A DNA stretch of 64,000 bases, from NCBI GenBank assembly GCA_964016885.1, contig OZ024743.1, positions 211,048,001-211,112,000 of the forward strand, in the 5' to 3' direction. This document shows, piece by piece, positions 53,345-64,000 of this stretch; position 1 is the first letter of the stretch, and every line of letters begins with the position of its first letter. A program made the position numbers and the translations under genes. The notes under the pieces are model-generated. The model ran no database searches, had not been told where the DNA came from, and saw only the letters and a list, made by a program, of their open reading frames with translations. This stretch comes from Eledone cirrhosa. Taxonomy: Eukaryota.

Positions 53345-55800
53345 TTTGATTGGTATCTTTATTCTGAATTCTTTAAATCGGAAAATTCCTCAACTTCGCG
53401 GTGGAATGTATCGTGACGATGCCCTTTTTACTGTCTTAAACTGTAACTTAGTTAACCTTAATATTATTAAGAACAATATACTTGATCTATTTAAGCACCA
53501 TAACCTTAAAATTGAATTTGATAACAACGTCAAACTAGCTAACTTCTTGGATATATCCCTTAATCTTGACACTGGCCTATATTACCCTTACGATAAAAAC
53601 AATGAGAATCTAAATTATGTTAACTTTAAATCTAACCACCCCACTAACGTTAAAAATACTATAGTCAATAATATTGAAAAAAGAATCTCAAATATAGCCT
53701 CTAATAAAGTTATCTTCGATGCTAATGCCAATTACTATAATAATGCGCTTTCCAAAGCCGGCTATCCTGATATAATTAAATACAGTAAAGAAACCAATCA
53801 TCGAAGGACTTATAGTAAAATAGTTAATTATGAACATTCCAATAACTTAAATAAAAGACCTAGATACAAAAATATGATTTCATATAATGCTCCTTTTTCT
53901 CTATCACTAATAATATTCCTAAACTATTCTTTAGGGCCTTAGATAAATGCTTCCCTCCCTCGCATATCTATAGTAAAATCTTTAACAAACATACAATCAA
54001 ATTCTCTTATTCTACCACTTCCAACATCTCTAACATTATCTCTAAACACAATAATAAAATATTAAGTAATAAATTACACTGAGCGTTATAATAATAGCAG
54101 TGGTATACCCGACGTCAATGTTAACTCTAGGTTAGATTCAGTAAATTTAAATACGCCGTCAAACGTAACTTCGTTGAATGTTCATAATACCAATCTAAAT
54201 CAGGAAACTATAGTTCCTATCGTAAATAACTTCAAAATCCAATTCCTTCTATAAATAATACTTGTTAATAACTCTGTTAATTTCTCTAATCGTAATTGTA
54301 ATTGCCCTGTTAGAACTAAATGTCCTCTTAATAACCAATGTATTGATAAAAACTTAGTGTATGAATGTAAGGTTATAACTGGTACTAATTCTTTTACCTA
54401 TTTCGGTTCCACTTCCACTTCCTTTAAAGCAAGATTTTATAATCACAAATCGTCTTTTAAATATCAACTTAAAAGAACTAACACGGCACTCTCGGAACTC
54501 ATATGGTCCTTAAAAGACAAAAATATTAACTATAACATCTCTTGGAGGAAGGTTTGCAACGCCTTTCCTTACCTGAATTCTTCCCTATCCAGAACATGTA
54601 ATCTCTGCTTAGCCGAGAAATTTACCATTATATCTAATTTTAATTCTATAATAAATAGACGTACGGATTTATTTTCGCTCTGCTTGCATAAATCCCATAG
54701 AACATTCCATAAAGTATACAGCTAATATCTCAATACCTAATTAGTTTAAAATCTTCTTTTCTCAAAGGATTTTATATCTTTTACAAATATACCCATCTTT
54801 TTACCTTATTTCAGTATATTATATTATACAATTTACTCACTCTATGTCGTTGTGATCCCCTATCTTTCTTCTTTTTATCCTTTTTCCTTTCTTCCTTTTT
54901 TCTTTTTTAATTTCTAATCTTTAACTTTTACTTCCCAATTACTTCTCAATTTATATTATTACTCACTACAGCATTCTCCATTTTCCCATTTTCCTCATAT
55001 TATTGGCCATAGAAACTATATATTTTTTAATATATAATAATATTACCATTAGAAAATTTTTGTAAACATATATACTTTTGACGTTAGATATTTTTTCTTC
55101 CTTAAATTCTCTTTTTTCTTCTCTCCTTCCATGCTCGTTTTAAACCTATTATTTACTTTTACATATTGTAATACATAAAAACAAACTGAAACCCTAACTA
55201 ATTCCTCTAAGTTCTTCTCCTTATTTCACATTATATTCTTAATATTTTTATTTTAATAATACATATTAATAAATTCTTTTTTTTTTCGCACATATTATTA
55301 AACCCTTCAATATATAAACCTAAATTAATACTATTCCTAATTCCTTTTTCTTCAATCATAAACATCACCATCCATAAACCTCATTAACTTTTAATTTTAA
55401 AATCTTTTTAAATTATCTATTATCTCCCAACGGTTTTTAATTTCTCTCTGAGAGACAATGTTTTCTCAGTTGTAAAGGCTATTTCTCTCTCTCTATCACT
55501 CATTTATCCTCCTCTTTCATCCTTGCTTCTTATACTCCTCCTCCATCATCCATTATTTTCTTTCTTCCTCTTCCTTACCTTTTCCTACCCCCACCCCCTC
55601 ATTTTTCCCAATCACATATATCCATCTTACTTTATTTTTCATATGTTGATTTAACACTTCACTGCTCACAACAGTTTTTTAAGCTTCATATCATGTTTCC
55701 CTATTTTATCTGATGAGAACGCAGATATCATCCCATGATGATCTTTCTTTTTGAAATGCGCATAATAAAATACTTGGAACTCTTTTAATCTTATATTATA
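53345..55800 (+). mobile_element. Penelope-like element 2 (5'-truncated, frameshifted RT plus C-terminal GIY-YIG), probably Hydra-clade-like
   Basis: GMYRDDAL, ANFLDISLNL, SNHP (53346-53942); FPPSHIYSKIFNKHTIKFSYS; CNCPVRTKCPLNNQC; VYECKV...YFGST...FKARFYNH...CNLCLAEK...C-H (54357-54725); about 1-kb AT-rich UTR ending in an HHR. The clade call is from recalled motifs only. Confidence 0.9.
55702..55772 (+). ncRNA. Type I hammerhead ribozyme (PLE 2 pseudo-LTR)
   Basis: Helix I TATTTTAT/ATAAAATA (8 bp), core CTGATGA, extended helix II (AGAT-ATCAT/ATGAT-ATCT), GAAA, palindromic helix III ATGCGCAT. Predicted cleavage after AUA at 55764. Confidence 0.85.
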
Positions 55801-56089
55801 TATATACATATATATAACATATATATATATATATATATATATAACATATATATATATATATAACATATATATATATATATATATAACATATATATATATA
55901 TAACATATATATATATAACATATATATATATATATAACATATATATATAACATATATATATATAACATATATATATATAACATATATATATATAACATAT
56001 ATATATATAACATATATATATATATAACATATATATATATAACATATATATATATATAACATATATATATATATAACATATATATATAT

Positions 56090-56119
<30 letters not shown>

Positions 56120-56124
<5 letters not shown>

Positions 56125-58775
56125 TTAGTTATACTATTTATGGTTATGTAAATACAAAACCTTATGCAGTTATAAGTATTTTACACACACCCTAAATAGT
56201 GGTAAGCAGTAATGTATTACTACCTTATTACCAGTAAGTTAAGAAGCTCAATGTAAAAACATCAGATGATTTACAGAGCAGTTATATGAAATATAAGAAT
56301 CAAAGAACTGTTCAAAACATTATTGTGCTTACAGCTGTTTCCTCCAAACCGAGGTTTGGATTCTTCGGAGCAATTTATTAATGCATGGACAGTTATATGA
56401 CCTCCTTTTCAGCCGAGAGACATACCGATACATATTCAAACATTGATACATATTCAAACATTGTGGGTCAACATTCATTACAGAATTTAGAGTGGCAGTA
56501 CACACTTTGAGATTACATTTATATTAAGAGGTACAAACAAAAATCAAAATACAGGTTAAAATACAACATGAAGATAAGCGGTTATATAGTGCAAATGTTA
56601 TATGTGTGGCACGCATATGCGTCTTGTTTATATAGTGTGGCAGAGAGATATGTGTGGTAGAGGCACTTAGGTAGGTAAACAAGAGTGTTAGGTTGGTAGA
56701 TCTGGTGGCAAATTCTTTATATGATTGATATAGTCTGTGTGTGGAGAAATATTATAAGCATTAAAAATAGTGCAAGCATTAAAAGTGTTAAAAGTATTGG
56801 AGATGCACAGCGCAGGGAAGTCAAGTATTTCATGTACTTCAGCATTTTCATGGTCAGGGGAGTGTATTTATCGAATATATGCCCTTCACGTAATCCACGA
56901 CAATCCAGTTAGAGATCGTAGTCTGGTGTTCTTTAGTTCAATACAGGAGGCTGTTACGTTTCAAGAAACGCCATTGAATACCGCCCGGAAGTGTGTGTGT
57001 GGCTAAGGGGAATTAATGCATGCGGGGAGGTAACTCTGGGGTTTCTATACCTAGCTATTAAAATGTGTCCCAATATAGACCTTAATTTCTATGGTGATGC
57101 GCATCCTCCAAGAGAAATTTTTAAAGCATAAAGTGTATTAACTATAGAGTAGTTTAATTAAGTTATGCTGAAGGTGATCATATTATTATGGTGGATTAAC
57201 CCATCGTAAGGTGCCACAAATGGAAATTATAGATGATGAGCGAGGATTCCAAATAATGATCTCTGTGGTCGTAGTCTACTCATAGGACCAGGCGCGGTGA
57301 TTGCAGGATTGCTTCAGGACCCAATCTGGTAAGATCTGGGTCATCGCTTGCTACATTGGATGTCGAGAGATAATCATCCCCAGGCCGGCCAGAGGTCAAT
57401 CCGCAGTCCTCGCGACCCCTCTCTGACCGTCAGATCATCCATATATGTACAACCTGCACGGCTGTTGCAATGCATTCACTCACTGCGCTCAGCAGCCTGG
57501 TTCTACTGGTCAACAGCGTTACTAGATTAAAACAGTTTTCATTTGTCTAAGGAAGGTGTTTCCTCTGCACAACACTATCCAACCGATCAATTCATGCTCA
57601 AATTACCCTTAGAGCGGTGTAGTGCCGTTCAAGTGGGTGGATGTTGTCACACCTGACGTAGAGGTATAAATGGGTATTCACCCTGCGAAGGGTTCCGGAG
57701 GGATGTCGTTGTTTGTGTTATAATAGATCAGTTAGTGTTGGGTATGTAGTATAAGGTGTGTCTCTGGTGTTTGATGCTAGATGTGGTGTTAGGTTCCAGT
57801 CCGACATTGCTATATATTGGGCTTAAAGTTTTGGAAGGAATGTCTGAAGCGGTGCTGGCAAGTTGCAAACACCTCAGATTTTTTGTTAAGTAGGTTACGG
57901 TTGGAGAAGATAATATTGTGTGTCTCTAGTATACAGAGGTTACAAAATTTATTAGGTGGTTTGTACGAGGTCGCGCCGCCTATCACTTCCCATTTGAGTG
58001 TGTATGGTTTATTTTTAGATTTTAGATAGTGTATGTAGCTAGAAAGTGAGATGGAGTTTGCTAGGCTGTGCTTTTTGAACGAGTGGATGTGCGAATTATA
58101 TCTGATTTTGAAGCAGTTAGAAGTGGAGCCTACATAGGTTTCTGAAGAGTTGCTAGTTGTGACGGTGCATGAGTATATGATATCCTTGGTTAGGCATTTT
58201 TTATCTAAAGGGCAGGTTCTATTAGCTCTACAGTTACAATTATCCTGTGCGTTAGTCCGCTGGTTATAATGCAGTGCGGAGGTCTGTGTGGTAGCTATAG
58301 GATTTTGGGTGTTCGGGTTGACAACCCTGGTGTTATTACTTATACTAGTGTTATTTCTATTGTTACTGCCGTTGCTATGGTTGCTTGCTACAGTGGTATT
58401 TAGAGGGTTTGCATCCCGTTGTGATTTTGTTTGTTGGAAGTAAGAACTAATTTTACTATTATTGCTGCTAGCTATGTGGTATGCTAAGTTAGGCGTCGTA
58501 GAGTATGAGATTTTAATGGTGTTTTTGTTTAAGAGGTTGTGGTACTTGTGTCCTAGAGGGAAGTTTTTATCTAGTAGTGAGAAGAAAGCCCTAGGTATGT
58601 TGGTGGAGACATTTAGGTTGAAAGGAGGGTTGAAAAATGTATTATTTCTTCTTATATTTTTGCTTTTAGTGTTTGGTGTGTTGCTTCCTCCTAAGGCCCC
58701 ACAGTAGTTTCCATGGTAATGGTTACTTCCGGTGGCACCCTCCGCTTTGGTGCGCTTGTGGTTGCTATTCCTATT
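56120..58775 (-). mobile_element. Penelope-like element 3 (5'-truncated; linker, GIY-YIG endonuclease and long 3' UTR)
   Basis: The real part of ORF 57810-59261 is 57810-58775: FFNPPFNLNVSTNI, KISYSTTPN, CNCRANRTCPLDKKC, IIYSCTV...YVGST...FKIRYNSH...CNLCILE...CQH. The upstream part of that ORF is microsatellite. Confidence 0.9.
56326..56372 (-). ncRNA. Hammerhead motif with variant core (PLE 3 pseudo-LTR)
   Basis: Minus strand TGCT-CCGAAGA-A-TCCAAAC(CTCG)GTTTGGA-G-GAAACAGCTGTA-AGCA; palindromic helix III ACAGCTGT; core reads CCGAAGA rather than CTGANGA. Confidence 0.7.
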
Positions 58776-58794
58776 ATATAACATACATATATAT

Positions 58795-58853
<59 letters not shown>

Positions 58854-59065
58854 CGTATATATAATATATATATATATATAACATATATATAACTTATATA
58901 TATGTATATATATATATATAACATATATATATATATAACATATATATATAACATATATATATATAACATATAGATATAACATAACATATATATATATAAC
59001 ACATATATATATATATAACATATATATATATAACATATATATATATATATAACATATATATATAT

Positions 59066-59100
<35 letters not shown>

Positions 59101-59168
59101 CATATATATATAACACATATATATATAACATATATATATAACATATATATATAACATATATATATAAC

Positions 59169-59202
<34 letters not shown>

Positions 59203-59212
<10 letters not shown>

Positions 59213-61245
59213 ATATAGACATAGAATATTCGAAAATATTCTGTATGTTTATAATAAACATTTTGAAGACCTAATCGCTATAGAATAGAATACGTCACGT
59301 ATTACAATTAGATTCTCGATAAAAGCAAGGGAAGTAATCTACGCGTTTCATTCTCGTTAGAAATCATCAGGACTACATATCCAGTGCTTTTATCGAGAAT
59401 GACACAGCTAGAGACTTATAGAATACTTAGCTGTGTACAGGAACTGGTTTGAAAGAGCGGTTGCCGGTCCGGCAGAAATTAGAAATTGGAATAAATGCTC
59501 TGAAATAGCGATATATATGTGAATATAGACATAGAATATTCGAAAATATTCTGTATGTTTATAATAAACATTTTGAAGACCTAATCGCTATAGAATAGAA
59601 TACGTCACGTATTACAATTAGATTCTCGATAAAAGCAAGGGAAGTAATCTACGCGTTTCATTCTCGTTAGAAATCATCAGGACTACATATCCAGTGCTTT
59701 TATCGAGAATGACACAGCTAGAGACTTATAGAATACTTAGCTGTGTACAGGAACTGGTTTGAAAGAGCGGTTGCCGGTCCGGCAGAAATTAGAAATTGGA
59801 ATAAATGCTCTGAAATAGCGATATATATGTGAATATAGACATAGAATATTCGAAAATATTCTGTATGTTTATAATAAACATTTTGAAGACCTAATCGCTA
59901 TAGAATAGAATACGTCACGTATTACAATTAGATTCTCGATAAAAGCAAGGGAAGTAATCTACGCGTTTCATTCTCGTTAGAAATCATCAGGACTACATAT
60001 CCAGTGCTTTTATCGAGAATGACACAGCTAGAGACTTATAGAATACTTAGCTGTGTACAGGAACTGGTTTGAAAGAGCGGTTGCCGGTCCGGCAGAAATT
60101 AGAAATTGGAATAAATGCTCTGAAATAGCGATATATATGTGAATATAGACATAGAATATTCGAAAATATTCTGTATGTTTATAATAAACATTTTGAAGAC
60201 CTAATCGCTATAGAATAGAATACGTCACGTATTACAATTAGATTCTCGATAAAAGCAAGGGAAGTAATCTACGCGTTTCATTCTCGTTAGAAATCATCAG
60301 GACTACATATCCAGTGCTTTTATCGAGAATGACACAGCTAGAGACTTATAGAATACTTAGCTGTGTACAGGAACTGGTTTGAAAGAGCGGTTGCCGGTCC
60401 GGCAGAAATTAGAAATTGGAATAAATGCTCTGAAATAGCGATATATATGTGAATATAGACATAGAATATTCGAAAATATTCTGTATGTTTATAATAAACA
60501 TTTTGAAGACCTAATCGCTATAGAATAGAATACGTCACGTATTACAATTAGATTCTCGATAAAAGCAAGGGAAGTAATCTACGCGTTTCATTCTCGTTAG
60601 AAATCATCAGGACTACATATCCAGTGCTTTTATCGAGAATGACACAGCTAGAGACTTATAGAATACTTAGCTGTGTACAGGAACTGGTTTGAAAGAGCGG
60701 TTGCCGGTCCGGCAGAAATTAGAAATTGGAATAAATGCTCTGAAATAGCGATATATATGTGAATATAGACATAGAATATTCGAAAATATTCTGTATGTTT
60801 ATAATAAACATTTTGAAGACCTAATCGCTATAGAATAGAATACGTCACGTATTACAATTAGATTCTCGATAAAAGCAAGGGAAGTAATCTACGCGTTTCA
60901 TTCTCGTTAGAAATCATCAGGACTACATATCCAGTGCTTTTATCGAGAATGACACAGCTAGAGACTTATAGAATACTTAGCTGTGTACAGGAACTGGTTT
61001 GAAAGAGCGGTTGCCGGTCCGGCAGAAATTAGAAATTGGAATAAATGCTCTGAAATAGCGATATATATGTGAATATAGACATAGAATATTCGAAAATATT
61101 CTGTATGTTTATAATAAACATTTTGAAGACCTAATCGCTATAGAATAGAATACGTCACGTATTACAATTAGATTCTCGATAAAAGCAAGGGAAGTAATCT
61201 ACGCGTTTCATTCTCGTTAGAAATCATCAGGACTACATATCCAGT
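59203..61245 (-). repeat. Left arm of 310-bp hammerhead-containing tandem array (about 6.6 units, 7 HHR motifs)
   Basis: GAATATAGAC recurs at 59211, 59521, 59831, 60141, 60451, 60761 and 61071; units look identical by eye. Confidence 0.97.
59334..59376 (-). ncRNA. Minimal type I hammerhead ribozyme (first of 7 minus-strand copies, every 310 bp to 61194-61236)
   Basis: GTAGTC-CTGATGA-T-TTCT(AACG)AGAA-T-GAAACGCGTA-GATTAC, enclosed by the 16-bp perfect stem ATTCTCGATAAAAGCA/TGCTTTTATCGAGAAT. Confidence 0.8.
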
Positions 61246-62437
61246 TCCTGTACACAGCTAAGTATTCTATAAGTCTCTAGCTGTGTCATTCTCGATAAAA
61301 GCACTGGATATGTAGTCCTGATGATTTCTAACGAGAATGAAACGCGTAGATTACTTCCCTTGCTTTTATCGAGAATCTAATTGTAATACGTGACGTATTC
61401 TATTCTATAGCGATTAGGTCTTCAAAATGTTTATTATAAACATACAGAATATTTTCGAATATTCTATGTCTATATTCACATATATATCGCTATTTCAGAG
61501 CATTTATTCCAATTTCTAATTTCTGCCGGACCGGCAACCGCTCTTTCAAACCAGTTCCTGTACACAGCTAAGTATTCTATAAGTCTCTAGCTGTGTCATT
61601 CTCGATAAAAGCACTGGATATGTAGTCCTGATGATTTCTAACGAGAATGAAACGCGTAGATTACTTCCCTTGCTTTTATCGAGAATCTAATTGTAATACG
61701 TGACGTATTCTATTCTATAGCGATTAGGTCTTCAAAATGTTTATTATAAACATACAGAATATTTTCGAATATTCTATGTCTATATTCACATATATATCGC
61801 TATTTCAGAGCATTTATTCCAATTTCTAATTTCTGCCGGACCGGCAACCGCTCTTTCAAACCAGTTCCTGTACACAGCTAAGTATTCTATAAGTCTCTAG
61901 CTGTGTCATTCTCGATAAAAGCACTGGATATGTAGTCCTGATGATTTCTAACGAGAATGAAACGCGTAGATTACTTCCCTTGCTTTTATCGAGAATCTAA
62001 TTGTAATACGTGACGTATTCTATTCTATAGCGATTAGGTCTTCAAAATGTTTATTATAAACATACAGAATATTTTCGAATATTCTATGTCTATATTCACA
62101 TATATATCGCTATTTCAGAGCATTTATTCCAATTTCTAATTTCTGCCGGACCGGCAACCGCTCTTTCAAACCAGTTCCTGTACACAGCTAAGTATTCTAT
62201 AAGTCTCTAGCTGTGTCATTCTCGATAAAAGCACTGGATATGTAGTCCTGATGATTTCTAACGAGAATGAAACGCGTAGATTACTTCCCTTGCTTTTATC
62301 GAGAATCTAATTGTAATACGTGACGTATTCTATTCTATAGCGATTAGGTCTTCAAAATGTTTATTATAAACATACAGAATATTTTCGAATATTCTATGTC
62401 TATATTCACATATATATCGCTATTTCAGAGCATTTAT

Positions 62438-62443
<6 letters not shown>
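61241..62443 (+). repeat. Right (inverted) arm of the 310-bp array (about 3.9 units, 4 HHR motifs)
   Basis: Reverse complement of the left-arm unit; the switch occurs at the shared CCAGT, 61241-61245. Confidence 0.97.
61312..61354 (+). ncRNA. Minimal type I hammerhead ribozyme (first of 4 plus-strand copies: 61312, 61622, 61932, 62242)
   Basis: Same motif as on the minus arm; predicted cleavage after GUA at 61348. Confidence 0.8.
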
Positions 62444-62501
<58 letters not shown>

Positions 62502-62886
62502 CATATATAATATATATATAACATATATAATATATATATATAACATATATATATATAACATATATATATATATATATATAACATATATACATATATAACA
62601 TATATATATAAAACATATATATATATATATATAACATATATATAATTATATATATGTATATATATATATAACATATATATAACTTATATATATGTATATA
62701 TATATATAACATATATATATATTTATAACATATATATATATTTATAACATATATATATATTTATAACATATATATATATATATAACAAATATATATATAT
62801 AACATATATATATATATTTATAACATATATATATATATAACATATATATATATATATATATATATATAACATATATATATATATAA

Positions 62887-64000
62887 CATCATCATCATCA
62901 TCATCATTTTACGTCCGCTCTTCCCTGCTTGCAAGGGTGGGATGGGTCTTATTCAGCACAGCATCTCTCCACTCGTCACGGTCCCTCGTCATCTCCACCG
63001 TGAGCTTCAATGATCTGAGGTCTGTTCTCACCACCTCCGCCCATGTTTTTCGTGGTCTACCTCTACCACGTCTTCCTTCAACTGGCATTTCCTGGCACTT
63101 CTTCACCCATCGGTCATCCTCCATGCGCATCACATGTCCATACCACCTCAGTCTCCTCTCCCGTACACTACATTCTATCCCTCTCAGAGACAGTTTCTCT
63201 CTCAACACATTTATGCTGGGTCGTTCACGCACATTTACACTGCACATCCAACGGAGCATGCTTGCCTCATTTCTCTCCAGCCGTCGCATATCTTCTGCGG
63301 TTGCTGCCCATGTCTCACTACCATGCAGCATCGCGCTCCTCACACAGGCATCATACAACCGGCCTTTCGTACGCAGGAGAAACCCTTCTTCATCAACAGA
63401 GGAAGCAGCTCCCTAAACTTCTTCTAACCCGTCCTTATTCTAGATACTATGGCCTCGGAACACCCTCCTCCCATGCTAATCTGATCTCCTAGGTACCGGA
63501 AGCTATCCACCACTTCTATAGCGCCCTCTCGCATTTGAAAAATGTGTCTATCAGTGCGACTTCTACTGTCTAATTTCCCTGTACATCTACTGCATACATA
63601 TTTCTCCCTACCTGTTAGTTTGCCTGCTATCCCGCTACATCTCTTGTGTACCAGGACCTACATTGTGTGCATTTTATAGAATTTATGCCAGTTCCTTTTC
63701 TGCATATCGAACATGGCCATTTCCCTGACGGAATCAGGGTTTTGTCCTCTTTTCTACTCATCAACACTTTTGTCTTAGCTAGATTTACTCTCAGTCCTCT
63801 TGCTTCCAACTGCTGTTTCCATAGCCGGAATTTATTCTCTAGCTCCTCTACTGATTCTGCCATAAGAGCCAGATCGTCAGCATAGAGAAGTTCCCATGGA
63901 CAGCCAGTCTTAAACTCCTCTGTTATGGCTTGGAGGACTATAATGAACAAGAGCGGGCTGAGGACCGAACCCTGATGTACTCCTACTTGTATCTGGAATT
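62887..64000 (-). mobile_element. RTE LINE family A (3' part; continues beyond the window)
   Basis: (CAT)n tail; ORFs 62909-63358 and 63627-63950 (WELLYADDLAL); close relative of 32881-34006. Confidence 0.95.

Larger units (their letters stand above)
34007..62886. repeat. Dispersed tracts of compound (TA)n-AAC microsatellite separating the elements
   Basis: Tracts at about 34007-34105, 37860-38023, 39898-40001, 40939-41195, 42263-42824, 43809-43991, 47000-47194, 47500-47724, 48073-48221, 49051-49427, 53225-53344, 55800-56120, 58776-59210 and 62444-62886. Confidence 0.95.

Noticed and set aside
59203-62443. CRISPR-like array, or tRNA/5S/snRNA gene cluster
   Set aside because: Units are identical with no spacers, and no recognisable Pol III boxes or structural RNA sequence were seen. 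The hammerhead motif explains the unit better.
37190-62712. Many short Y/I/C/M-rich ORFs and His-, Asn- or Thr-rich ORFs
   Set aside because: They are translations of (TA)n-AAC and trinucleotide microsatellites.
32788-63885. Plus-strand ORFs overlapping RTE and PLE coding regions
   Set aside because: They are antisense shadows of retroelement ORFs and recur in each copy.
32881-64000. Telomeric retrotransposon array (HeT-A/TART- or Athena-like) suggested by co-oriented elements
   Set aside because: No telomeric repeat tracts are present, the elements belong to endonuclease-bearing families, and the PLEs occur in both orientations. Microsatellite targeting is the simpler explanation.

Overview
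Gene-free, repeat-dominated animal DNA. The SINE and LINE types and the (TA)n-rich background suggest an octopus or other cephalopod (inference from repeat families, not tested). Bases 1-30317 are about 674 copies of a 45-bp satellite; the giant ORFs there are by-products of the repeat. The monomer appears to have been amplified from a 45-bp piece of an RTE LINE ORF, and the rest of that element is still attached at 30273-30773. Bases 30.8-64 kb are a transposon nest built on a strand-polarised (TA)n-AAC microsatellite. It holds about nine RTE LINE fragments, mostly on the minus strand, and three Penelope-like elements (PLEs), each with a hammerhead ribozyme (HHR) motif near its 3' end. It also holds a non-autonomous Helitron, tRNA-derived SINEs, MITEs and a 213-bp foldback. 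At 59203-62443 lies an array of apparently identical 310-bp units carrying 11 hammerhead motifs in total. The array flips orientation at a 5-bp microhomology and forms a 1.14-kb-arm palindrome (retrozyme-like or PLE pseudo-LTR-like). No host gene exon could be supported. All calls were made by eye; no searches were run.
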